DNA of 64,000 bases from Lama guanicoe (Eukaryota), in assembly GCA_013239625.1 (NCBI GenBank), contig MU053561.1, positions 4,155,992 to 4,219,991 of the forward strand. The letters run 5' to 3'. Below are positions 1 to 12,380 of this stretch, one piece after another. The notes under the pieces were generated by a model. That model did no database searches, was not told the DNA's origin, and saw only the letters and a list, made by a program, of their open reading frames with translations. Within the stretch, counting starts at the first letter, position 1. Every line of letters starts with the position of its first letter. Made by a program: the position numbers and the translations under genes.

Positions 1-96
1 TGACTCACCAATTCCGTATCTCAGAGGTGCTGGTGCACAGGACGCAGGTGCAAAGGTACAAAGGTGTTTGATGTAGCATTATTTGCAATAGGAATG

Positions 97-124
97 AAAG
101 GAAGAAAGGAAGAAAGGAAGAAAG

Positions 125-155
<31 letters not shown>

Positions 156-428
156 AGGAAGGAAGGAAGGAAGGAAGGAAGGAAGAAGGAAGGAAGGAAG
201 GAAGGAAGGAAGGAAGAAGGAAGGAAGGAAGGAAGGAAGGAAGGAAGAAGGAAGGAAGGAAGGAAGGAAGGAAGGAAGAAGGAAGGAAGGAAGGAAGGAA
301 GGAAGGAAGAAGGAAGGAAGGAAGGAAGGAAGGAAGGAAGAAGGAAGGAAGGAAGGAAGGAAGGAAGGAAGAAGGAAGGAAGGAAGGAAGGAAGGAAGGA
401 AGAAGGAAGGAAGGAAGGAAGGAAGGAA

Positions 429-460
<32 letters not shown>
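97..460 (+). repeat. Polypurine (GAAA)n/(GAAG)n microsatellite with an internal 31-bp higher-order unit
   Basis: Pure A/G tract: GAAA runs flank a GAAG array in which GAAGAAG interruptions recur every 31 nt. It explains the low-complexity ORFs at 5-558. Confidence 0.97.
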
Positions 461-564
461 AGGGGGAAAAGCCTGGAACAACCTCAGTATCCATCAACAC
501 AGGCATGGTGAACACATTAGGGAGTAGTCATATAACAAGCAGTTGTTACCATGAATGAACTTCA

Positions 565-935
565 TCTAATTTACATGGATAAATCTCAAAAATATGCAGC
601 TAAGTTTTAAAAAAAAAGTTGTAAAAGATACGTTATAGTAGGACACCATTTATATACACTGAAGCATACAAGACAAGGCATGTTGCGTACGGATGTGTAA
701 CAGAATTATGGAGAAGGGACACACTTCAGGAAAGTAGTTACTTATGAAAAGGGAGGGTGGTGGGACTCGGGGGAGATGGCTGTAGCTGAATCTCTGATAT
801 TTTATTTCTTTAAGTAAGTATCTGAAACAAATATGATAAAATATTAACAATCACTTAAATCTGGTGATGGGTATATTGGGTTCTGTTACTTTATTGTTGT
901 GCCTTCTTGTATTTGAAATATTGTCCAACTTTAAA
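565..935 (+). mobile_element. Old LINE-1 (L1ME-like) 3' end fragment
   Basis: Resembles L1ME 3'UTR motifs (catggataaatctcaaaaat...; aaatctggtgatgggtatat...). Recognised by eye. Confidence 0.55.
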
Positions 936-1759
936 AAAAATGTTAATTACCTCTCTTAAAACATTCTCCAGGTTCCTGTTTCCATCACAAAGGATAATTT
1001 GCCTAATTCTGCTAGGTTTTCCTTTTTCTCCAAGGTGCAAATGGAAATTTATGATAAACAAAGGTTGGCAGTAAGGTCACCCATTCTCCTCCAGGCAGTT
1101 CCTGACACAGAAGCATCTCTGACCTCAGCAGACCCACCCGACCCTGCCCTTTGCCCCAAGAAGCTCACAACAGGTCCCAACAGCTTCTGGCTTCTGGCTT
1201 CTAGCTTCTGACTGGGTTTGGCAAATGGGAGGCAGAAGCAGAGATGGTCCAACAGGAAGAAAGAAAGGACTAGGTATTTATTTATTCTTGGCTTCCTCCC
1301 TGCTGGCGTACAGCTGAAGCAGCTGCATGTCTCTGCTGAGGACCACATCTCCAAGCTGGTTTCCCCGTGGCTCTCTCTGGGCTGCAGCAATCCCTCCTTC
1401 CCCGACTTCTCCAGGCCGGGGTTGTAATGGCTCCTGGCTGTCCCCAGCCCCAGGTGCTTCAGCGCCCTTTCTGGTTTCCCTTCACTTTCCCACAGCTTTA
1501 TAAATGGTACCCTCATTAGGCTTTCCTTGATTTCCCCACTTGAACATGCCATCTATTTCTCACTGGTACCCTGACCCCATAGGGCACTAGGGAAGTACTG
1601 TGAGAGCCCAGGCGATCCAGGAAAGCTGCAGAGATAAAGCTCATGCCTGAGCAAAGCCTTGAAAGAGGAGCAGAGGTTTGTCAGCCAAAGGGTTATGCTG
1701 GGGGGAGGAGAGACAGGAGTGGCAAGACTGAGGGAACAGCTTCCACAAAGGCTTTTGCA

Positions 1760-1844
1760 TTAGGTTGACCATATGAAATTGCCAGTATTGGGCTATTTTT
1801 TGATGTACAAAAAATAAAAGGCAATATCATGTGGTTCAACCTAA
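1760..1844. mobile_element. MADE2-like Mariner-derived MITE
   Basis: ~85 bp with terminal inverted repeats ttaggttga(a)ccatatgaaattgcc ... ggcaatatcatgtggttcaacctaa, followed by TA. Confidence 0.85.
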
Positions 1845-4800
1845 TAATAGGACTGAGACTATGATGACCTTAAATAAGACGGAGCCCTAAAAGAGCAGGA
1901 AGTCTCAAAAATGAGCCTGTCCCTACAGAGTGATGTCAGGAAGAGTGGAGATAACACTAATCTGAAGAGGAGGAAAATCAGCTTTGCAGAGAGGGATGAA
2001 ATTTTTTCTATGTTTATTTCTATTCAAACAGAAACACAGATTTCTCACTGTTCTCCTTCTTATCTAGGTCTGCAATCTAGTTCTTACAAAGAAGGCAAAT
2101 GCACACAGGTTTTCACATCTTACACCACAGCTCTTAGAGCTAGACAGATCCTTAATATTCTATCAACTCATTTCAAAGATTAAAAAAATAATGAGACACA
2201 GGGGTTAAGAGTCTTGCCTACTATCACACAACTCTGTGATCCTCCAATTGGATGACTTGATAATGGAAGACTTCTAGAAGGAGTGAGTTTGGGAGGACTC
2301 CAGTGACACAGTTCAACAGAGAGAGAGGGTGAAGGTCATGATAGGGAAGAGTCAAACCCTGACAGAAGCAAAAGAATAAAAAGTTGCACGGACAGAAAGG
2401 ATACCAAGAGCAAACTGGCTTGGCTAGAAGAGCAAAGAATGCATTTGGCAAAAGATTTCCTTTTATTAATTTTATCCTTGGACTCAAATTAATCTTTTCC
2501 TAGACTTGTTAGGCTGACCAAATTTATTATCCTTTATGACAATAAGCCTTCTCAGATTTGAGAAGAATTAAAAGATATATGATAAATTTTTCCTGAGATT
2601 ATTCCCAGGACCACAGTGCTGCCCCTCAGAGCTAACATTTTGGCATTTAATATGCCAGGGAAACTAGGCCATGTTCTCCACATTAGCCAATTGGAAAAAC
2701 AAAGTAATATTTAAAGATGGAGTTGTTTAGATCTCATAATTTCTCTCCTGAGATTTTAACATTTGAGTTAATATATAATCTGTAATCAGACTTTTAGAAG
2801 CCTGTGTTCAGAGTAAAAGAAGCCTCCCTGCATCCCACACGGTTTAGTGACCTTAACTATCCGAGGTTCCAGGCTTTACCTGATGGTCCAGCATGGCGTA
2901 GTACCTTGGTCTCCTGAAGTGCCGCTCAGATCATTGTAAACAAGGACTGTAGTGGGACTTTGGGCTAAGACTATAAGGAGTAAGGTGAACTCTCACAGGA
3001 GCAGGGGGTGGTGGCTAAGTCCTACACCAGGTGGGGAACCTGCAGACACACCCATCCTGGTGGACAGCCACAATCATCGGCATCGTTCCAAACTAGGATG
3101 AAGAATGATGCAGATGAAAGTCCTCCAGGAGCACATCACTCATGTGCCTCTGTCTGTTGGCTCAACGTAAATTGGCAGGCCTGTTGTGGTGTTAACTGTC
3201 TCAAGGACGCATGCTTACAAATAAGTTACTGAGTTACTTATTTCAGAACTAAATAATCAGTCAACATCCCATCCCCAAGTTCTTGGGCAGAGCTGGAAAA
3301 TGACCAAAAGTCAACAAAATGATCAAAGAACTGTCCCCTAGAAGGGACCCTGGTGATGGCACAGTTTTAAATTATCACCCTGAAAAGTCCAGAGTTAGTT
3401 AATGCTCATATGGCCTTGTAGTTAGAAAGTACAGAATTGCACTTGATTGCAAGTCTAACACTGACCAGCACTGGCTCCTGGCTCTTCCTTCAGTACATAG
3501 TCCACTATCTCATATTGCCTAGAAGCTCTTCTCCAATGCCTTCTTTTATATAAATCTTTCCTCCCTTTTGTTCAGCTGTTTCTGTTTAATGACTTTGTCT
3601 TCTTGAAGGAGACTGTATGCATCTTAAAAGTATTTCAGTTTGGTATAATTCAGGGCATATTTATTGTAGTCTGTAAGTGCCAGGCCTTGTGCATATATTA
3701 AGCACTCAGGCAATATTTATTAAGCTGGACTATATATGGGAGGCATCTTTAGCATCAGCACATGAGAAAAGAGAGATTATGGGGACAGGGTAATGGGAAA
3801 TACGGCCATGCTAGTACACTAGTCGTGATGTAATTTCATCTGAAAAGAGGATTGTGGTGGTGGTGATAGAAATGAAAATCATAGGGAAAAATGTGGAATG
3901 TACTTCAGAGTAAAACTGAATGTCAGAAGATGAAAAAAGAGAGGAAGGACGAGAAAATTATATTTTACACTTTTCAAATGTGAGGTACCAATTGGAAACA
4001 TTTGGAGAAGTCCAACAAGCAGGGTGAAAAGGCGAAGGTGGACTCAGGCAGGAGTCAAGGTCAGAGTCTGCAGAGAGGGGATGGCTTAAGCTCCATAGGC
4101 AGAGCTTGCCTTGCTAGAAGTTAACATGGATCTCTGCTAAAATTCTGGGCTACTTTGGGATATTTGAACTAGACCAAGGACTGGCAAAGATATTAAAAAT
4201 AGAAAAAGTGAATAAAACAAGACCAGCAGTCCACACAGTCTGCCCCAGGGGCAAGGCCAGCCCTTGTCCTTTTGCTCAGCCAGCATTCTTCCTACCCATC
4301 ATTCCAAATGCCCAGCCTCCTCCAGAGAGCCTTCCTATTTTGATAAGATGAGAAATACCAGCTTATCTGCCTCGGTTCCTAGATGTGGGCATCTCAATCA
4401 TCCCCATGTTTCTATCAGTGGCACACACGGCACTTGACAATAATTAGTTTCTGACATGCTGATGGTTGCTACATCATTCATCTGAACATCTCCCCTCCAT
4501 TAGTGGCCCGTTTCCCCATTGTCACCTCCTCTCTCAGACTCCACTCCCAGTACCCTTGAAGCTCCTTGGGTATTGAAGCTCCTTGAAGCTCTCTCACCTA
4601 CCCCTACCCCTGATAAATTCCAACAAAAACTGAGTTTTAGAAAACAAAACTTTGAAGACTGATTCATGTTACAAAGGAGAAACCTGCTTAAAATAGACTT
4701 TGGCTTTGTAAATATTCCACATATGTTCGAACTGCTCCTTAAATGTGGCAAAGATCTCTATTCGATAAACCTCTAACTCAATCTCATTTTAAATATTTGT

Positions 4801-7800
4801 AAAATTTCCACTAGAACATGTAACAGCGACTGGTGGCAACGATAATCAAAATAGCAGCAAGGAAACTAGATAAAAACAGCAGACCACTAAGGCCACCCAA
4901 GTTGGGAAGCCAAACCACAGAAGAGCAGGAAGCTTGAGGGACAGAATCCTCTGGGGAAACCTTTGGCTTCCTCTTTACCAGAACAAAAATGTAGTCATGT
5001 GGCGGTTTATCTTATCATGAAATGGGTGCCCAGCCCAAAGACTGCAAGGGCAGGGGCTTTGCACGCCCTACCCCAGCAGCACCGCAGGGTACCACAAACA
5101 ACCATCGGCATGTTGGAACTCATCATCCACGGTCTTCTAGATTCCCCAGACCTGCAATAACTTCACCAGTGACATCCCATTACTGGCACCAGAATAGTGA
5201 GGGCCTTATGAGGATGAACTTGAAATCTGAAATTCTCACAGCCTATGACTTGAGCAGGTCTCTTCCTGTGTGCTTAGCATTTCCTGTTTGAGCCATCACA
5301 CCTTCTGTACAACAGATTGAAATGGACAGTTTAAGCCATTTCACCCATTCCTTGGCTTGGAGATGAGGCGAATTCCCTGCAGAACACTTCCCACTGCCAC
5401 AACTAACAATAGCATCTTGTCTCCTAAGGCAGCCCCTCTAGCAAGAGACCAGGCCAGACTCCACCACACCCAGTAATGGGAACTTTGCTGACAAATGTTT
5501 CTCATCTGAACCCAGTCAGTTTATGGGGCCATGAATGTATTCCATATGTGCTCCATCTCTGAAATTGTGAGACCTCAGCCCCAACTCAAAATCATGTTAC
5601 TACTATTGTTGTTGTTATTTGACATTTGTTTTTTTTTAACAAGTGCAAAGTGCAGCATAATCATTTCATTAGTATCTTATCATCTGGAGCCCAGTCCCTG
5701 TTCACTGCAGAGACCAGAAATAGAGGTGAGTTGGGGAAATATACTGGCATTGTTGTAGTCTTGCTGTTATTCCCCAACCCAACCCATCCACCCGTTCTTA
5801 CCATCCAGAGGGAGACTTTGTTAATAGAGCTGACTTCGTGCAGAACAGTAACAGTTACCTGGTGCGGCAAAAGCAGAGACGGCGCTGATCCTTCTGAACA
5901 GGGTGGGGATCTGTAGTGCCTGCACCAGTGAGGAATGATGAGGGGAAGATGCTCCAGAGAACCCTTGTTCTCTTTCGTGGAGAATGTTTGTAAGGTGGGG
6001 AAAATGATGGTCTGTGAGTCCATGCCTGGTGGAAGAAGAGGATAATCAACTAGGTGATTTGTGGAGGGCAGTGGCCCACTGATGGCATTATCCCCAATTG
6101 TTTCTAAAATTCCAAGCAGGTACACCTTCCCCACTCCCACCCCTGCTCTAGCACACTCAGGTCAAGTTCTTAGGCCCACCAGTGTGCTCGCACATTTTCA
6201 ATCATTCTGATGGTGACCTAAGCAAACAGGACATGGAAGGTGAGTTGTCTGTCTGTAAAATGGTAAACGACGTCTGCCAGAGCTCAAAGAACTCCATACT
6301 TTGGGACGAGCCCTCCCCCGCACACACCTACGTCCACCATCCTTGCTCAGTGTGGCTCAAAATCAATGCTTCTTTGCAGACTGGTGTTCTAGAAGCATGC
6401 CTGGGGGTTGAGGGAGGGCGTGCACTGCTTAAATCAAATATTAGCAGCTGTCCTCGTGCACTAAAAAATGTGAACATATAGCCTTTTCTCAATTTGTAGG
6501 CATTTCTCCCATAAATTTTTGTTCCGCCCCTGGTGCCTGTTACCACTTGCCTGTTAGCCAGAGATAGCATAAGACAAAATAAATGAATGAGTAGAAGACT
6601 ATTAATGAGAAAATTCAGAAGCAAACATTCACATATCCTTCAACAGTTTGTTTTCTCCTGGCCTGGGCTACTTGTGTTTGTGGTTAAGACAATCACTTGT
6701 TTGCTGGGGAAATTGTTCCTTTCTCATTTGAGGGAATTCAGTAGATGGTATTTCATGGCATTCTGAAAAAAAGCCCCCTGATTCTCAGGCCCCAGCCCCC
6801 TGCCTAGGCAGACTCCATAGCAAAGCAGTGTGGAAGGGGATTTTAAGTCAGGTGTGGTTCCCGCCCCTGGGGAATTTCTTGAACTCACCTGACCTCTCCA
6901 AGCTTCAGTTTCCACATGAGTAAAATGGAAAAATAGGAAGCACCCTACGGGGGAACATTCTGAGGTCTAAACATGATCACGTATGAGATGTGCCTGGTAT
7001 GAGGTAGGCACTTGGTACAATCAGTGATTGCTATTTCCAGGACTAAAGGAGAATACATTTTAAACATACTTCGCTCAATTCCGCACCCTTCAAGGTGATC
7101 CACAAATGCCATTCCTCCTGATCACTTTCTGAATTTCAGCTTCCCAGGGGGCTGTTACTCCACAGCTTCTACACCCTTGGACCTCCCTGAGCCCCATGAA
7201 GACGTGTCTGTCCCTGCTTTACACAACTTGGCTTTGAGGCTGTGTGTGAGCTCCTGTCCAGAGCCACCAGCTGACAACAGCCACAAACAGCACCCAGAAA
7301 GCCCCAGGGGCCCAAGGTGCAGGTGAAAATAAAGCCAGAGAGAGAAAAGGTATCTGCACACCTACCACCAAAGGTATCCACACAGCTACCACCTCCTGCC
7401 GGGGGCCAAACCCCAATATTCCCCCAAAAGAGAGCCCAAAGCTCTCTCTTACAGCCCTCCCTGGCCCCAGGGTCACCCTCTCACAGCTTTCCCTGAACCA
7501 GGCCCAGGAATTTTAATCAAATGCAAAAAAAAAAAAAAAAAAAAGTAAATAGTTCTCCTTTAAACAAAGAACAAGTACTCTCCATCCAGAAAGAGCTAAC
7601 CCCTTGGAGATGCACACACAGCCTGGTGCTTCATCACAAGGTGTTGATCAGTTGGCAGAAAAGCACAGGTAAGAAAGGCTCCTCTTGAAGACAGAAGAAA
7701 AGCTGGCTGGGCAAGAGTGCTGGCCCACAGCCCCCTCCCCAAAGAGGCTCCATTTTTGACTTCCTGAAGGTGAATCTAATTGTTTAAACAAGATTAAACA

Positions 7801-10800
7801 AGCATGGAATTTGAGAGGGAGAAGGAAGAAATTTAAAAAAGAAAAAAGGCAAGAGAATTTTTCTTCCCAAAAGACCCAAAACAAACAAACTGTAAGAACA
7901 GCTTCATGTCTTAGTAGCTAAAAAAAAAAAAAAAAGATGAAGAAGAAGGAGAAGAAGAAGAAATCTTCCAGGATGAAAGTATCCAAGGGAAATTAGTTTC
8001 CTGGGGTCAACGTAATACAGAGAAATTACTAAGGAACAATGAACCTAGAGTCACCACATTTACTTTGCTTTAGGAAAAAGAAACACATAGAAAACTTTCC
8101 AGCCCTAATATATTTCTATTTAGAACACTGACATCAGCCACTATAACACAAGAAAACCATGTGCTTTGTTAGATCCCTGAGAGCCTCATTTTAAAAGCCA
8201 CACAGAAGGATTCAGGGTCAGATTCTTGATGCATACATTCATCAATTTAGTCATTCAACAAACATTCTGTGAACATCTACTCTGTGCCAGGTACCATGCT
8301 AGGCACTGAAGCTACAACCAGAACCCAGACAGCAATGGTGTCTTCCTTCAAGGAGCCTGAAGACTCGTGGGGCAGGAGCTTGTAAACCTGCCATATTAGA
8401 TGCTGTGCAAACAGAGAGGAAACATGACTGGTTCTGCCCAAAGGGGTTCCTGAAGTAACAGACTCCCTCAGATGAGAGATGACATTTGCCTGGACCTTAA
8501 AGAAGGAGTACGAGTTCTTTAGGAAGAAGAGAATTAGAACCTTTTTAAGTGAAGCAGAGAGGTGTCCTTAGACATTGCATGTGCTGGGGACCTAGCTTGG
8601 GAGGAAAGACAGCTGTGCCTAGCTTGCCAAAACTTTATTTACCATCCTTCAGAGCTCCAACTCTGCCCTGTGGATATTGGAGTTTCTCAGAAGGCAGAAT
8701 GACATCATGAAGAGAACACTGGATCAGGAGCCAAGAACCAAGGAGTTTGCCATTCTTGGCTGTGTGACCTTGGGCCAGGGACTAACCTGCTCAGGGTCTC
8801 AGTTTCCTCTTCTGTCAAATGAGAGAACTGAGCTGAATGACTTTTTTATTCCACAAGAGGCGAGTGAAACAATCTGAAGATAGAAGCATGGTTTAGAAGC
8901 AGATTGTGAGGCTGTCCACTGGGGAAGCCCCCACCCACGCTTGGGCTTTGGATAAACTTCATCTAACCATGCACATCCATACACGTGCATCCACGTGTAT
9001 ACACTCGGTCACACCCCTCCAATCTAGCCTCCATTTGCTCACAAAAAAGTGATAGGATTTAAATGCTTCTGGGACCCACAGTCCCTGTAGAACAAAGCTA
9101 AAGCTTTGTCCTCCGTGTGGAAGAGAAATACCTTCTTAACTCTGAGGTCTCATATCACAAACTTCATAACTAGACATTCAGGCTCCGGCCATGCCACCAT
9201 CTCCCTTGCCCCAATTCCCCTAACATATCATGTGGCCTCATGTATCTGCTCTTTTGGCCCATGGGGTTTTGTCTGCCTGGAATGTCTCCCCTTGCTCACT
9301 TGGCAAACCCTTACTCACCCTTTAAAACTTGCACCAGAATGACCTCCCTTAGTAAAGCTTTCCCTCATCTCCCATCACCCCTCCTCCTGCATACCTCTAC
9401 CCATGCCTGGAATACTGGAGAGGCCACTGACTGATGTGACTCTCCCCCAGAGAAGATGAACTCCTCCAGAACAGGACTGCGCCTCCGTGATCTTGTACCC
9501 CAGCCCCCAGCCTGGACCTGGACACAGACCGTCTGCAGCAGATATTTGCGGCACTGGCCACTGGCATTTTTATTAACTGTTCTGACTGTGTGCACGTTAA
9601 TACAGGATGGCCCCTCGATGGTGTATTTGGGAACCAGGGTCTCCTAGAGCTAAATCAGCTGCCAAGAAAGAACCGTCCAGCATAGACTGGAGGCTCATCA
9701 CATCCTTGTATGCTCCCATCGCTTCATGAACTCCACGTCACACTGTGGGAGGACAGGTAAGAAGGTGGGCAACTTGCCCAGCAATGTCATTTGCATGAAG
9801 TTCTAGACTCAGAATTGAAAAGAATCCTTGAAGCCACTACAAACTTCCACCAGGACAGAGCAGCTCTGCACAGCACCCCTGACCACTGCCCATCCAAATC
9901 CAGTGGGGCTCACCACCGCATGAGGGGGCCTGTCCTATTCTTGACTGGTTATTAGAAAATGGTTCCTCATTGAACTCACATGATCCCAGAGTTCTCGTGC
10001 TCTTGTCTCAGTAACATCTCATTCAGGTTAAATAGTCCAACAACCAAGAAAAGGTGAAGGTGCAATTCAAAAATGTCCTGGGATTCCTCAAAGATTATTA
10101 AAAGGCAATCAAATAATAAACCACAGACAACTCCTCACAATCCTCTTTCCCCATATTTCTCTTTTGATCCCCTACTCAATGCAGAGATCCCCAAAACTCT
10201 TCCTCTTTTAACCATTCCCAATCAAGCCTACAAGCAGACTGCAATGTCCTTCCACAGGACCCCACCTCCACTTGCTCTCGGATTCTACTGCTATTGCGGA
10301 TAATCTGAGTCTCTCTAGCTTTTTAAATTTTCTCTTGTTTTCTCCCTTACCCTACTCCCCAGATTCTGCAGTACAAAACAAGGCCCAGGACCTTCCTTGA
10401 TATTGAAAACATATTTTTTTTATTCTTCTAGTAAATGTTGGTGGAAGCAGAAGCACCCACGTGACAGGAAGCTCTCACGCTTCCCCTACATCTCTTCCTC
10501 TCCGGTCTACACACCCCTCATTTCTTCATGTGACCCTCTAATGGCACGGTTCCCAGAACCTCCACCATTCTGGTCACCTCCTTTTGTTATTATCCTTGGA
10601 TAATTCCTATTGTCTTTCAAAAGAGCTGCTCATAACTGAACACAATAATTCAAGTGTTGTTTCACAACACAGAGCACTACAGAACTTTCTATGAACAGGA
10701 AACCTTATTAATGAGGCCAAAGAACGCATACTTTTACAACATTTTCTACAAAAGTACAGCCCAGTTCAAAACTGGGCACACTTCCAGAGGTGGCTGACAC

Positions 10801-11310
10801 AAGCTGTACATAAGGTGTGATGCAAGCGGCCTGCTGACAGATGTGCACCTTACCAGGCCAGCCGGGGCTGAGCCCTCACAGGCAGGCCATCGCCGTGTGG
10901 TGTGATGTGAGAGGCTCTGAGGGCAGCCCCACCCCTCCCACCAAAATACGCCCACCACCTGCACACGTAACATGTTACTCTAGGCATTAAGAGCAGTTCT
11001 TAAGATGCAATTGTGTCACTAGGAAGATGATATCCTTGAAACTTGTTATTAATTAGTGTCTTAGCTCAAGTTAAGATTTTCTGGCTCCTGCTAAAGGAAG
11101 TGAGGAAAGGTCTGGATTTGCCACAGTGGGAGGCTGTGTACGTCCAGCGGGAGCATAAGGAGAGGGAAAGGTAATGAGACAGATGAAGGACAGAAGCCTG
11201 GTAAGGGAACAGCCCAGCGCACTCAGTCCGGTGCGGAGTGCAGCTCCCAGTGTGACGAGGTCTGAGCCGGAGCCCTATTCGCTCAGCCTCCAGTGAAGCA
11301 CACGGCGAGG

Positions 11311-11326
11311 GTGCCCTCTAGCGGCA
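11311..11326 (-). promoter_or_regulatory. CTCF-like motif
   Basis: Minus strand reads TGCCGCTAGAGGGCAC, matching the CTCF core, inside a locally CpG-rich patch (~11210-11370). Confidence 0.65.
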
Positions 11327-11394
11327 GGAACAAGCGCTCGCCGCCCCTTACGTCTGTGTAGCGCAGCATGGATTTCAAGGTCCCGTTAAGTCAC

Positions 11395-12380
11395 TCATTC
11401 AACAAATATTGGCTAATTTCCCACTCCGTGCTAAACACCACGATGGACACTAGGGAGGCGTGTGAGTAAGCCATGGTCGCTCTCTCAGGAAGGTTTCAAC
11501 TTGGTTGAAGAAGTCCCACGAGTCGTGGTGGATGTATGTCTGGGACCGTGGGCATACAGGGGCAGAAGTGGTGGGTCAGGAGGGTCTTCCCAAAAGAGAT
11601 GGCCCTGGAGCTGAGACGTTTGCCAGACAGGTAAGTGGGAGACAGGTCTTCTAGACAGAATAGCACAAACGGGAAGTGTTCCTGTCCCACCTGGGAGAAA
11701 GAGAGAAGGCGGGAGCATGGCCAGAGAGGAAGCTGTAGAGAGGTAAACTGGGTCAGATCATAGAGGGTTTGGCTGTCATCCTGAAGGAGACAGAAGCCAG
11801 AGGCATAAATCAGTTTTACAGACTTAAAAGGATTTCTCTGGCCAAGGGAGCAGAAGCTGAACTGCAAGCAAAAAAAAAAAAATGAGGGTCTAAATTAAGG
11901 ATCAAGATGGCAAAGAGGAAGAAATGTGAAGGCAAAAGGGTCTATACGCCTGGGTGACAGGTTGAGTGTGGGGGGAAAGGAAACAGAGGAGTCCAGACTA
12001 ATTCCCAGCCCCAGGCTTGGGAGGCTGGCCTGATGGCAGTCATCCATCAAACCAGAAACTAAGAGGAGTGGTGAGTTCAATTCCGAGCATGTAGAATCAG
12101 ATGTTCCTGCAGGACAACAAGAGGAAATTCTAGGAGGTAACTGTTAGTTGACTGTTTAGTCTGGAGCTCTGGGAACTAACTGGGGGGTTCAGAACAATCT
12201 ATGGCACTAGAAAGGAAAATGTCTCTTAAGGTTAGCAGTCAACATGGAGAGAGAAAAAAAGCGCAGGACGCCCTTTGGGAAAGCTAATTTGTACAGGGCA
12301 GGCAGAAGAAGAGCTGCCCACTGAGGGACTAAGAGGAAAGACTAAAGTGGAAGGACCAGAAAAGAACTCCAGAAGGGGGT
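11395..12380 (-). mobile_element. LINE-2 fragments
   Basis: Begins with an L2 3' end signature (cattcaacaaatatt...) followed by degenerate L2-like body sequence. Confidence 0.55.

Noticed and set aside
5..558. 158-164 aa ORFs (FLPS-rich and KEGR-rich)
   Set aside because: Translations of the GAAG/GAAA microsatellite; not genes.
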